Origin: a virus
Lineage: Duplodnaviria; Caudoviricetes
DNA length: 24,077 nucleotides
Reading direction: 5' to 3' (one strand)
Virus record (IMG/VR): IMGVR_UViG_3300042371_000197
Location: 1 to 24,077 of that record
Shown here: positions 1 through 8,338 of the stretch, one piece after another
Position numbering within the stretch: the stretch's first letter is position 1
How the letters are laid out: every line of letters begins with the position of its first letter
The notes under the pieces: model-generated
What the model was told of the DNA's origin: nothing
What the model saw: the letters and a program-made list of their open reading frames with translations, nothing else
Database searches by the model: none
Position numbers and translations under genes: made by a program

Positions 1-207
1 GGCTCCGGCGACGGCAACGGCTCCGGCGACGGCGACGGCTCCGGCTCCGGCGACGGCAACGGCTCCGGCGACGGCGACGGCTCCGGCGACGGCGACGGCA
101 ACGGCTCCGGCTACGGCTACGGCTCCGGCGACGGCGACGGCTACGGCGACGGCGACGGCTACGGCGACGGCGACGGCTACGGCAACGGCTCCGGCTACGG
201 CGACGGC
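1..207 (+). repeat. Tandem hexamer repeat GGC-(TCC/GAC/AAC/TAC), 34 units plus a final GGC, encoding G-[SDNY]
   Basis: Directly visible. It has a partial higher-order 18-nt period (e.g. ggctac ggcgac ggcgac) and runs off the left edge of the window. Confidence 0.97.
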
Positions 208-675
208 TTAAAGACATATAATAACCAAGAAGTATATTTAATTGACGGCGTGCAAACATTAATGAACACCGTTAAAGGAAATATAGCGAAAGGCTTTATA
301 ATTAACTCCGACCTTACGCTTACCGCTTGCTTTGTCGTAAAAGGTGAGAACTTTTTCGCGCACGGCGAAACTTTGAAAAAAGCGGTTGACGACTTGCAAA
401 ACAAACTTTTAAAAAAATTGCCTATTGAGAAAAGAATAGAGAAATTTAACGAAGAGTTTAGCAGTAGTACCAAAAAATATGAAGCTAAAGATTTTTATCA
501 ATGGCACTATTTTTTAACCGGCAGTTGCGACGTTGGACGCCGCTCTTTTTGTAACGATAAAGGGATTAACCTAGAAAAAGACAAAATTACGGTTAACGAA
601 TTTATCGAGCTAACTTTAAATAGTTACGGTAGCGACGTTATTAAGCAGCTAAAAGAAAGTAGAAAAAAAATTTAA
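1..675 (+). CDS. 5'-truncated phage protein with N-terminal (Gly-X)n repeat and conserved C-terminal domain of unknown function
   Basis: Frame 1 is open from base 1: GSGDGNGSGDGD...GYGDG-LKTYNNQEVYLIDGVQTLMNTVKGNIAKGFIINSDLTLTACFVVKGENFFAHGETL...WHYFLTGSCDVGR, ending at TAA 673-675. The track's start at 250 is an internal GTG of this frame. Confidence 0.85.
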   Translation, partial: GSGDGNGSGDGDGSGSGDGNGSGDGDGSGDGDGNGSGYGYGSGDGDGYGDGDGYGDGDGYGNGSGYGDGLKTYNNQEVYLIDGVQTLMNTVKGNIAKGFIINSDLTLTACFVVKGENFFAHGETLKKAVDDLQNKLLKKLPIEKRIEKFNEEFSSSTKKYEAKDFYQWHYFLTGSCDVGRRSFCNDKGINLEKDKITVNEFIELTLNSYGSDVIKQLKESRKKI

Positions 676-685
676 ACTATCAAAA

Positions 686-889
686 ATGACAAAACTAGAA
701 TTTTACGAAAAGCTCGAGGAGGTTAAAAAAAGGCTCCCGGTGGGTATTTACCCCCTTTATCTTAAAGCTTACCCAAAGGAGATAAATTTCTCCCGAGTTA
801 AAAACACGATCGCCGGGAAAATCCACGACGAGAAAATCCTTAGAAACTTGGAAAAGTTGGCCGACGCGGTCGAAAATGTGAAACAATAA
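686..889 (+). CDS. Small hypothetical protein, possibly Cro/HTH-like DNA-binding
   Basis: 67-aa basic helical ORF with an A-rich start context (tatcaaaaATG). FSRVKNTIAGKIHDEKIL resembles the recognition-helix end of small phage HTH proteins (weak). Confidence 0.6.
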   Translation: MTKLEFYEKLEEVKKRLPVGIYPLYLKAYPKEINFSRVKNTIAGKIHDEKILRNLEKLADAVENVKQ

Positions 890-899
890 GCCAACAAGT

Positions 900-1142
900 A
901 TGGAAAACTATATCTTTAAAATAGAGGCCCAAAGAGACGCCGACGGTAGTTTTAGAAAAGACGTAAGCCTAGAGTTTGACGGCTACGACTACGAGCACGG
1001 CGCCGCGTTGGTTATGGTAGGACAAAAATACGACTTTTTAAAAGCCGCGATAATTTACGCCGCCGACCACCTACAAGGCAAACACTTACGAGACGAGTCC
1101 CGCGTTAAGGAGGACCAACAAGAAAACAACCCTTTAAATTAA
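900..1142 (+). CDS. Hypothetical protein
   Basis: 80-aa ORF tightly packed between co-oriented genes, with the same codon style as its neighbours. Confidence 0.7.
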   Translation: MENYIFKIEAQRDADGSFRKDVSLEFDGYDYEHGAALVMVGQKYDFLKAAIIYAADHLQGKHLRDESRVKEDQQENNPLN

Positions 1143-1147
1143 TTTTT

Positions 1148-1837
1148 ATGAGTAGAGGAGCAAAAACACAAACACACGGAGGAGAGAAAATGCTCTCTTT
1201 TATGGCCGGTAAATTTGTCGAGAGAGTCGACGAAAACACGACCGGAGCAATCGCGAGAGTCCTAGAAAAAGGACCAAACGCGGGGAAAACAGTTCACGAG
1301 GTAACTTATGAAGGTTACGAGGGACAAATTTACGACGTGCAAACAGAGGCGAGCGAATACGGTACGCGCCTAGTTATCTTTATGGACGTTTCAACAGTTG
1401 AGGAGCCAAACGCTAAAGTAAAAATCAGCTTACCGCTTTCAAGTGGTCCGGCTAAGGCTTTCCTTTCCCGCCTCCCGGTTATCGACTTTAATAAGGACGT
1501 TTTACTTAATGGGTACAATATCCAAAACAAAGAGACGGGCCGCTTTAATCAGTTTATCGTACCTTACCAAGATGGTAAAAAGATCGAGGCTTTTTACACT
1601 AAAGATAAACCGAACGGTTTACCTAAAATGCAACAGATTAAAGTTAAGGGCAACCTTGTTTGGGACGACACCGAACAACTTGAATTTTACACCGCTCTAA
1701 TTAACTCAACTCCTTTTCCGGGCAGAGTTACAGCTCCCGAGGCGGCTAGTCCGGCAGTAGAGCAAGCGGAGGAACATATCGAAGTTAACGCGGTAATCCC
1801 TGACACAGCTCCGAAAAGAGGGCGCCAAGCTTTTTAA
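1148..1837 (+). CDS. Hypothetical protein, candidate ssDNA-binding/recombination protein
   Basis: 229 aa with a beta-rich core and a low-complexity Ala/Glu/Pro tail ending in Phe. It sits in the recombination block upstream of the RecE-like nuclease. Function is inferred. Confidence 0.55.
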   Translation: MSRGAKTQTHGGEKMLSFMAGKFVERVDENTTGAIARVLEKGPNAGKTVHEVTYEGYEGQIYDVQTEASEYGTRLVIFMDVSTVEEPNAKVKISLPLSSGPAKAFLSRLPVIDFNKDVLLNGYNIQNKETGRFNQFIVPYQDGKKIEAFYTKDKPNGLPKMQQIKVKGNLVWDDTEQLEFYTALINSTPFPGRVTAPEAASPAVEQAEEHIEVNAVIPDTAPKRGRQAF

Positions 1838-1845
1838 TATTCACC

Positions 1846-1867
1846 GGGGCGGCTCCGGTCGCCCCTT
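1846..1867 (+). terminator. GC-rich hairpin (weak terminator or mRNA stabiliser)
   Basis: GGGGCGGC-tccg-GTCGCCCC just after the stop at 1837. The T tail is short. Confidence 0.5.
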
Positions 1868-1881
1868 AATAACCTTTAAAA

Positions 1882-2157
1882 ATGAGTACAAACGAAAAAA
1901 ATAACAGCGGTATGAGCTTTCTAGGAGTTTTAACTTTAATCTTTATAGTCCTTAAATTAACCGGCTCGATAGCGTGGTCGTGGTGGTGGGTACTTTGTCC
2001 ACTTTGGGCGCCGCTTGCTTTATTCTTAGCAGTTTTTCCGATTTTCTCGATTTACAAATCGAGACTACTAAAAAAGCAAGAGGAGGAGCTTAACCAACTA
2101 AGGCCAGGAAGAACTAGTCGGATAAAGTTAACGATTGAGCAAGAAAAAGAAAACTAA
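1882..2157 (+). CDS. Small phage membrane protein (TMEM185/Fragile-X-F-like motif)
   Basis: Two hydrophobic segments around the signature LTLIFIVLKLTGSIAWSWWWVLCPLW, followed by a charged C-terminal tail. Confidence 0.8.
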   Translation: MSTNEKNNSGMSFLGVLTLIFIVLKLTGSIAWSWWWVLCPLWAPLALFLAVFPIFSIYKSRLLKKQEEELNQLRPGRTSRIKLTIEQEKEN

Positions 2158-2184
2158 GCACATTAACCCTTTAAATTAAGCACA

Positions 2185-2943
2185 ATGCAAGCAGCAACTT
2201 TAAAACAAGATCGACCTTTAAGCTACTCCGCCTTAAAAGCGTTTAGCGAAAGCCCTAACCACTTGGTTAGCTATTGGAACAGAGAAAAAGAAAGCACTCC
2301 CGCAATGATTAAGGGCTCGCTTATCCACACCCTTATTTTAGAGCCGGAAAAATTCGAGAGCTCTTACGCTATTTGGAAAGGCGGACGACGCGCCGGAGGT
2401 GAATACACAACCTTTTGCGAGCTTAACGCCGGAAAAGAAATAATTAAGCCGGAGGACCTCGACGAGGTTAAGCCGATAGCCGACTTAGCTCGTAAAAATA
2501 TCCTTATTAAAAACCTAAAGGGGACCGAGCTCCTTATCGAGTGGGAATTTTCCGGAGTACCTTTTAAGGGGTTTGTCGACGGCTATGGTGACGGGTTTAT
2601 CCTAGATATTAAAACAACGTCAGACGCCTCTCCTAAATCCTTTTTAAGAGACTTTGTAAAATACAAGTACTATTGGCAAGCGGCTTTATATCTTCACGCT
2701 AACAGATCGCTAAACTTAGCGGGAGACTTACCGGACTTTTTTATCGTTGCCGTAGAGACAAGCGCCCCTTTTAACGTCCAAGTCTATAAAGTGGCTCCGG
2801 AATTTATCGACAAAGGTTTCGCCGAGGTTGCTAAATACGTGCAAGCTTTTAAAGATTGGAACGGAGAGCCCGGCGGATATGAGTTTTTTAACCCACTAGC
2901 AGAAAACGGAGTTTTAACTCTAAACTTACCCGAGTGGCTATAA
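2185..2943 (+). CDS. PD-(D/E)XK exonuclease, RecE/exonuclease VIII (DUF3799)-like
   Basis: Motifs LSYSALKAF, AMIKGSLIHTLILEP, FKGFVDG...ILDIKTT, YYWQAALY and FFIVAVETSAP. Confidence 0.88.
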   Translation: MQAATLKQDRPLSYSALKAFSESPNHLVSYWNREKESTPAMIKGSLIHTLILEPEKFESSYAIWKGGRRAGGEYTTFCELNAGKEIIKPEDLDEVKPIADLARKNILIKNLKGTELLIEWEFSGVPFKGFVDGYGDGFILDIKTTSDASPKSFLRDFVKYKYYWQAALYLHANRSLNLAGDLPDFFIVAVETSAPFNVQVYKVAPEFIDKGFAEVAKYVQAFKDWNGEPGGYEFFNPLAENGVLTLNLPEWL

Positions 2944-3266
2944 AACCTTTTAACCGGGCGAAATATCAGAAAATGGTTAACTATATACGCGAGAACGTCG
3001 GCGGCGTTCTCGCCTTATACGACCCGAAGCCCGGAGAGCTCGCCAAAAATTACGCCGGCCAATTTATACAAGTAATAAGGGCAACCGACGACCTAGAGGA
3101 GTTTAAAGAGTTGGTTTTCCACTATTGCGACAATTATAAATATTTTTCCGATTACCCTATTTTAGAGTTTAACGAAGATTATACGCTCGCATATATAAAG
3201 CCGAGTTTTGACTCGCAGCTCGAGGAGTTTAGGGAAAAGGTACTACCAACTAAAAGATTTAAGTAA
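2934..3266 (+). CDS. Hypothetical protein
   Basis: 110-aa ORF whose GTG start overlaps the upstream gene end and whose stop overlaps the next start (TAATG). Confidence 0.65.
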   Translation: MAIKPFNRAKYQKMVNYIRENVGGVLALYDPKPGELAKNYAGQFIQVIRATDDLEEFKELVFHYCDNYKYFSDYPILEFNEDYTLAYIKPSFDSQLEEFREKVLPTKRFK

Positions 3267-3487
3267 TGGAGATCGTTAAAGTAAAACACGTAAAAGCAAA
3301 AGGATCAATGAGCAAATATAAATACAGAATAGTAAAAGTAAGGAGGACAACCTCCGACGGCGTCGAGGTTTTCGGCTACATAGTGCAACAAAAATATTTT
3401 CTTTTCTTTTGGGTCGCCGTCTCTCCGATATTCGACCACAAAGATAACGCGAGACACTACTTTTACAGAGAGATACAAAACAAATAA
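3266..3487 (+). CDS. Hypothetical protein
   Basis: 73 aa, translationally coupled via TAATG. The KYRIVK...YIVQQKYFLFFW pattern is typical of small phage proteins. Confidence 0.65.
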   Translation: MEIVKVKHVKAKGSMSKYKYRIVKVRRTTSDGVEVFGYIVQQKYFLFFWVAVSPIFDHKDNARHYFYREIQNK

Positions 3488-3498
3488 ACACAATTAAA

Positions 3499-4848
3499 AT
3501 GCAGCTAAGACCCTACCAAGAGCAAGCCGTCCAAAGCTTGCGCGCTACTTTTGCCCAAGGTAAAAACAGCGCGATTCTTTGCATACCTACCGGAGGCGGT
3601 AAAACCGTAGTGTTTACCACAATAGCAAAAAGCGCAATAACTCGCGGGTCCCGTATTATGATCGTATGCGACCGAAAGGAGTTAATAAGCCAAGCACATG
3701 ACAACCTACTCCGCCTCGGACTTAACCCGACTATTATCGCTCCGGGTTATCCGCAGCATATTAATAACTGTTACCTCGCAAGCGTCGACTCCCTTAGACG
3801 CCGAGAGCTCCCGGACGTGGACGTTATTATTATCGACGAGGCTCACAAACAAACTTTTGATAAGCTAATCGTCCGTTACCGTGAAAGCGGAAAGGATCCG
3901 CTAATTATAGGAGCAACAGCCACTCCACTAAGGACCGGAGGACAAGACGCTTTAAGTCTTTACTATGAAACGATAACAGAGCCGACAACTATCGAGAAAC
4001 TACTCGCGGAGGGTTACCTCGTCCCTTGCCGTACCTATGCAGCAAAAGCCGACTTTTCCGACGTTAAAGTTACCGGTAACGACTACAACAACGCCGCCCT
4101 TTTTAAGAAGTTCGACGAGGCGGTCCTTTACGATGGGCTCGTCGAACAGTTCGAAAAGTTCGCCAAGGATAAAAAGACTTTGATCTTTAATGTTAACGTC
4201 GAGCACTCCCTTAAAACAGTTGAAAAACTTAGAGAGGCCGGTTATGCTTGCGAGCACGTCGACGGATCAACACCAAGCGAAAAACGCCGTAAGATACTCG
4301 CAGACTTTAAAGCCGGAGCTTTTCAGATTTTAAGTAATTGCTCGGTCCTTACTACTGGTTACGACGAGCCAAGTATCGAGGCTATTATCGTTAATCGCGC
4401 GACAATGAGCTTACCGCTTTGGCTACAAATGGCCGGACGAGGCTCCCGACTTTTTGAAAATAAGCCCTATTTTATTCTTATTGATATGGGCGCCAACTGC
4501 TACAAGCACGGACTTTGGGACGACGCTCGCACTTGGTCCCTTCATAAGCCGAGACGTAGCTCCTCCGGCGTTGCCCCGGTGAAACTTTGCGAAGGTTGCG
4601 AGGCTATGAACCACGCAAGCGCGAGAGTTTGTAAGGAGTGCGGTAAGCCTTTTGAGATTAAAAAGAAAGCCCTTAAAAAAGGTGAGTTTGTCGAGGTTAA
4701 AAGCAGCCGCGGAGGTATTAACCTCTTTAACTCAATGAACGCCACATACGAAGAGCTTAAAGCGCACGCCGAGAAAATGGGCTATAATCCGAGGTGGGTA
4801 CACGTTCAAATAAATTTACAAAAGAAAAAGCAGAGCGAAACGACTTAG
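3499..4848 (+). CDS. SF2 DEAH-box helicase (RadD/YejH-like) with C-terminal zinc finger
   Basis: LRPYQ Q-motif, PTGGGKT (I), IIIDEAH (II), GATATP (III), LTTGYD (V), QMAGRGSR (VI) and CEGC...CKEC. Confidence 0.93.
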   Translation: MQLRPYQEQAVQSLRATFAQGKNSAILCIPTGGGKTVVFTTIAKSAITRGSRIMIVCDRKELISQAHDNLLRLGLNPTIIAPGYPQHINNCYLASVDSLRRRELPDVDVIIIDEAHKQTFDKLIVRYRESGKDPLIIGATATPLRTGGQDALSLYYETITEPTTIEKLLAEGYLVPCRTYAAKADFSDVKVTGNDYNNAALFKKFDEAVLYDGLVEQFEKFAKDKKTLIFNVNVEHSLKTVEKLREAGYACEHVDGSTPSEKRRKILADFKAGAFQILSNCSVLTTGYDEPSIEAIIVNRATMSLPLWLQMAGRGSRLFENKPYFILIDMGANCYKHGLWDDARTWSLHKPRRSSSGVAPVKLCEGCEAMNHASARVCKECGKPFEIKKKALKKGEFVEVKSSRGGINLFNSMNATYEELKAHAEKMGYNPRWVHVQINLQKKKQSETT

Positions 4849-4908
4849 CTCTTAAATTTATCCTATATTTACAACCCCTTTTTATAACCCTTTAAATACA
4901 CCCTAAAA

Positions 4909-7143
4909 ATGAGAATAAGCTTTTTTAAAAAAATTTTCGACAATACGCCGGAGCGCGAAAGTTCGATCTTAGAGTTTTTAAACAATGTAAAACACGGAAC
5001 TTGGGCCAACCTTATTAAGCCAATAAACGCAGAGGAGGACAAAGTTAAGCGCAAAGCATTAAAAGAAAATACTCTCCCATACGTTACCCTTTCCGGGACG
5101 TTCACCAAGAGAGTTAAAAGCGAGCTAATAGCTCACTCCGGTTTTATTTGCCTCGATATTGACGACTCGCCGGACCTTGGTAGAGATTGGCAAAATATAA
5201 CAAACGACCGCTTTACCTACGGAGCCTTTCGCTCCGCCTCCGGCCTCGGCCTTGCTGTTATTATCAAAATAGATCCAAGTAAACACCTCGAGAGCTTTCT
5301 CTCTCTCGAAAGCTATTACCTAGAAAACTATCAAATTATTTTGGATAAGTCTTGCAAGGATATAACACGACCCCGCTTTGTTTCATTCGACCCTCAAACC
5401 TTTATAAACGAAAAGGCCCAACTATTTAAAGCGGTAGTAAAAAAGAGTACACCGGTCCAAAAGCTCCCGCAAATAATAACCGGAGAGTCCGATCTCGACT
5501 ACCTTATCGAGCAAATTAATAACGGAGGCGTCGACCTTACCCGCGGATCTTACGAGATTTGGCTCGAAATAGGTTTTGCCATTGCCTCCGAGCTTGGCGA
5601 AAATGGTCGCCCTTATTATCACTCAATAAGCCGTTTTAACCAAAAATATAACCCGGAGGTTTGCGACCGTCAATATAACCATTGTATCAAAAGCGGCGGG
5701 ACCGGTATTAAAATAGCTACCCTATTTTACTACGCCAAAGAGGCAAACCTTAACCTAGTTTCTCCGAAAACAAAGCATATTGTCGCCGTGGCTAACCAAG
5801 GGAAAAGAGGCGGACGAACAAAAGAGGACGTTTTAAAATTACTAGACCAAGTCGATAATATTAGCGACAAGGATAGTAAAAGCATAGTCGAAAAGGTTTT
5901 TAACTCAAGCGTCGAACTGAAGCTTACCGAGGACCTTACTCCTCTAGAAAAATTAGAGCTATTTATTAAAAATAACTATAACCTTAAACGAAACGAAGTT
6001 ACTCGCTACATCGAAAACAACGGGGTCGAGGTCGATACCGTTTTTAGTAACTCTGTTTACTTCCAAGTTAAGAGAATCGTCTCGGATAAGATACCGGTCG
6101 ACACCGTGGAGCGCCTTATTTCCTCCGACTTTATCCCGGAGTATAACCCTCTTATCGAATTTTTAGAGCAAAACGCACACCTACGCCCCGTTGGACTACT
6201 CGACCAATTAGCGAAAAGTATCGACACAGACACGGGCGCCAAGGTTAACGACGTAGATCCTGACTATAAGTATTTATTTATTCGTAAGTGGTTTGTCGGG
6301 ATTATTGCCTCTATATATAAACAACACTCGCCAATATTATTGGTACTCACCGGAGGACAAAACACCGGGAAAACGGAATTTTTCCGCCGCCTCCTCCCGG
6401 ATAAACTTAAACCTTACTACGCAGAGAGTAAACTCGACGCCGGAAAGGACGATGAAATCCTTATGTGTCAAAAGCTACTTATTATGGACGACGAGCTCGG
6501 CGGTAAGTCTAAGCAAGAGGCTAAACGCTTAAAAGAGCTTACAAGTAAGGACGAGTTTACTCTCCGAGAGCCTTACGGCCGTAAAAATGTAAGGCTTAAA
6601 CGCTTGGCCGTACTTTGCGGAACTTCAAACGACGAACTTGTCCTTAACGACCCTACCGGTAACCGTCGAATCGTACCAATAAACGTTTTAAGCATCGACC
6701 ACGCTCTTTATAATTCAATTAACAAGACAGATCTTTTACTCGAGGCTTACCACCTTTATAACGAGGGTTATAATTGGAGGCTTACGGCGGAGGACGTTCA
6801 GAAACTTAATAACAATACTATCGAGTTTGAACAGATAAGACACGAGGCCGAGCTTATTAGTATGTACTATAAGCGTCCGGAATACGCGCAAGGGATCCAA
6901 TCGGTTGAACTATTGACGGCGACCGAAATCAAAACCTATGTTGAGGAGAAAAGCGGCCAAAAGTTAAGCCAATGGAAAATCGGCCAAGAGCTAAAAGCTT
7001 TAGGTTTTGAGCAAGAGGTCCGCAGAATGTTTGGAAAAACTCAAAGGCTTTATAGGGTTATTGTCTTAAACCCGGAGGACTTGAGCGCCGAAAAATATAA
7101 AAAGGAGGCCAAGGACCATAAACCGAGCGGACTCGCTTTTTAA
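4909..7143 (+). CDS. Primase-helicase: BT4734-like N-terminal domain, PriCT-2 and VirE/VapE P-loop ATPase
   Basis: N-terminal LPYVTLSGTF, HSGFICLDID and FRSASGLG; PriCT-2-like YEIWLEIGFAIASELG; Walker A GGQNTGKT; Walker B IMDDE; LREPYGR; DPTGNRR. Confidence 0.9.
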   Translation: MRISFFKKIFDNTPERESSILEFLNNVKHGTWANLIKPINAEEDKVKRKALKENTLPYVTLSGTFTKRVKSELIAHSGFICLDIDDSPDLGRDWQNITNDRFTYGAFRSASGLGLAVIIKIDPSKHLESFLSLESYYLENYQIILDKSCKDITRPRFVSFDPQTFINEKAQLFKAVVKKSTPVQKLPQIITGESDLDYLIEQINNGGVDLTRGSYEIWLEIGFAIASELGENGRPYYHSISRFNQKYNPEVCDRQYNHCIKSGGTGIKIATLFYYAKEANLNLVSPKTKHIVAVANQGKRGGRTKEDVLKLLDQVDNISDKDSKSIVEKVFNSSVELKLTEDLTPLEKLELFIKNNYNLKRNEVTRYIENNGVEVDTVFSNSVYFQVKRIVSDKIPVDTVERLISSDFIPEYNPLIEFLEQNAHLRPVGLLDQLAKSIDTDTGAKVNDVDPDYKYLFIRKWFVGIIASIYKQHSPILLVLTGGQNTGKTEFFRRLLPDKLKPYYAESKLDAGKDDEILMCQKLLIMDDELGGKSKQEAKRLKELTSKDEFTLREPYGRKNVRLKRLAVLCGTSNDELVLNDPTGNRRIVPINVLSIDHALYNSINKTDLLLEAYHLYNEGYNWRLTAEDVQKLNNNTIEFEQIRHEAELISMYYKRPEYAQGIQSVELLTATEIKTYVEEKSGQKLSQWKIGQELKALGFEQEVRRMFGKTQRLYRVIVLNPEDLSAEKYKKEAKDHKPSGLAF

Positions 7144-7168
7144 GATTTTTCTTTTTTTTTTTAGGGTG

Positions 7169-7203
7169 AGGGGTCGACTTTTAGGGGGTCGGCCCCTTTT
7201 TTT
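7169..7203 (+). terminator. Rho-independent terminator
   Basis: AGGGGTCGAC...GTCGGCCCCT stem (one G-U pair) followed by a T run, 25 nt after the primase stop. Confidence 0.8.
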
Positions 7204-7210
7204 GCCTCAA

Positions 7211-7533
7211 ATGTTACAGAGTTACAGAGTTGTTACAGAGTTTTTTAAAACTCTGTAACGCTGTAAAACATTAAAAAACAGGCGATTAACAAAAGCGTTA
7301 CAGAGTTACAGAATAAAATCAAACTTTTAGATATTTATTTAAAAAAACACCTCTTTTTTAAAATACTCGTTTTTTTTATATTATAGGCTTTGTAATTGCG
7401 TATTTTTCAAAAACTCTGTAACGCTTGACGTTTCCCTTTAATAACAAGGGTTAGAAATGTAACAGATAGTTTTTAAACTCTGTAACACTATCAATAAAAA
7501 CAAATATAACACTAGGCGTTAAAGCGTTACAGT
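7211..7533. repeat. Cluster of direct and inverted GTTACAGAG repeats; putative replication origin (iterons)
   Basis: GTTACAG on + at 7213, 7221, 7232, 7297, 7305 and 7526; CTCTGTAAC at 7251, 7414 and 7478; AT-rich core at about 7315-7385; non-coding gap right after the primase gene. Confidence 0.75.
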
Positions 7534-7599
7534 CTTTTGGAAACGTTTTTTTATAGTTCAAACGGAACAACAAGAGAGAAAAATCTTTAAATTTACAAC

Positions 7600-7956
7600 A
7601 TGGCAGAAAATAAAAGCGAAGCAAAAATACAAAGCGAATTAGTCGTTTGGTTTTGGAATGAGTTCACGGAGTTTAGAGGTTTGTTATATCACAACTTTAG
7701 CAACCCAAGAAACGAAATAAACGGGGCGCAACTTATGGCCCTCGGACTCGTTAAGGGTAACCCTGACCTTACTCTCGCAATACCTCGCGGAGGCTTTGGA
7801 GCTCTTTATATTGAATTAAAGAAAGCCGGAGAGAAACCTCGACCGGACCAAGTTAAGCAAATGGAGAGGCTAAGGTCGGCGGGCAACTTGGTAGAATGGG
7901 CCGACAATGTGGAGGACGCTAAAAACATCATACTAAAATATTTAACTTTAGTATGA
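7600..7956 (+). CDS. VRR-NUC domain nuclease (candidate Holliday junction resolvase)
   Basis: SEAKIQ...GLVKGNPDL...LYIELKK...RPDQ PD-(D/E)XK pattern in a 118-aa protein. Confidence 0.88.
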   Translation: MAENKSEAKIQSELVVWFWNEFTEFRGLLYHNFSNPRNEINGAQLMALGLVKGNPDLTLAIPRGGFGALYIELKKAGEKPRPDQVKQMERLRSAGNLVEWADNVEDAKNIILKYLTLV

Positions 7957-8144
7957 CAAAGGAAATAGATCGGGACGTTAAGAGGTTGGTTAACTCTTTG
8001 AAGCCGGATAAGCAAAGCGGATTAAAAACGCTTTTAGTGTCTTTAGATACGGCGGAGAGTTGGGAGCAACAACTTAAAGACAACGGTTATATAATAGTAA
8101 CAGTAGAGGAGTTAAAGAGAATGAAACAAATATATTTTATTTGA
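7953..8144 (+). CDS. Hypothetical protein
   Basis: 63 aa, ATGA overlap with the VRR-NUC gene. Confidence 0.6.
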   Translation: MTKEIDRDVKRLVNSLKPDKQSGLKTLLVSLDTAESWEQQLKDNGYIIVTVEELKRMKQIYFI

Positions 8145-8145
8145 T

Positions 8146-8334
8146 ATGCCTATTTACGATTATTTTTGCAGTTGCGGAGAGTCTAAGCTCGACGAAATAG
8201 TTAAGGACTTTAAAGAGGTTGTAACTTGCGACTCTTGCGGTAAAAAAATGGAGAGAGCTATATCGGCCCCAAAGTTGGGAGGCTTTGATAAAAGCGGGAG
8301 AAGTAGAAGTAAAAACGAAAAACAAAAAGGTTAA
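8146..8334 (+). CDS. FmdB-family zinc-ribbon protein
   Basis: MPIYDYFCSCG...VTCDSCGKKMERAISAP matches the MPxYxYxC...CxxCG...RxxS signature. Confidence 0.82.
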   Translation: MPIYDYFCSCGESKLDEIVKDFKEVVTCDSCGKKMERAISAPKLGGFDKSGRSRSKNEKQKG

Positions 8335-8338
8335 AGTT

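Noticed and set aside
1-207. DGR variable region (codons AAC/GAC/TAC/TCC resemble adenine-mutated AAC)
   Set aside because: No reverse transcriptase or template repeat is in the window, and tandem slippage explains the pattern more simply.
7211-7533. CRISPR array
   Set aside because: Repeats are only 9-16 bp, occur in both orientations with irregular spacing, and no cas genes are present.
8285-8338. TerS start at TTG 8285
   Set aside because: It overlaps the FmdB gene by 50 nt. ATG 8339 gives the canonical N-terminus (MEAIKLTDKQ).
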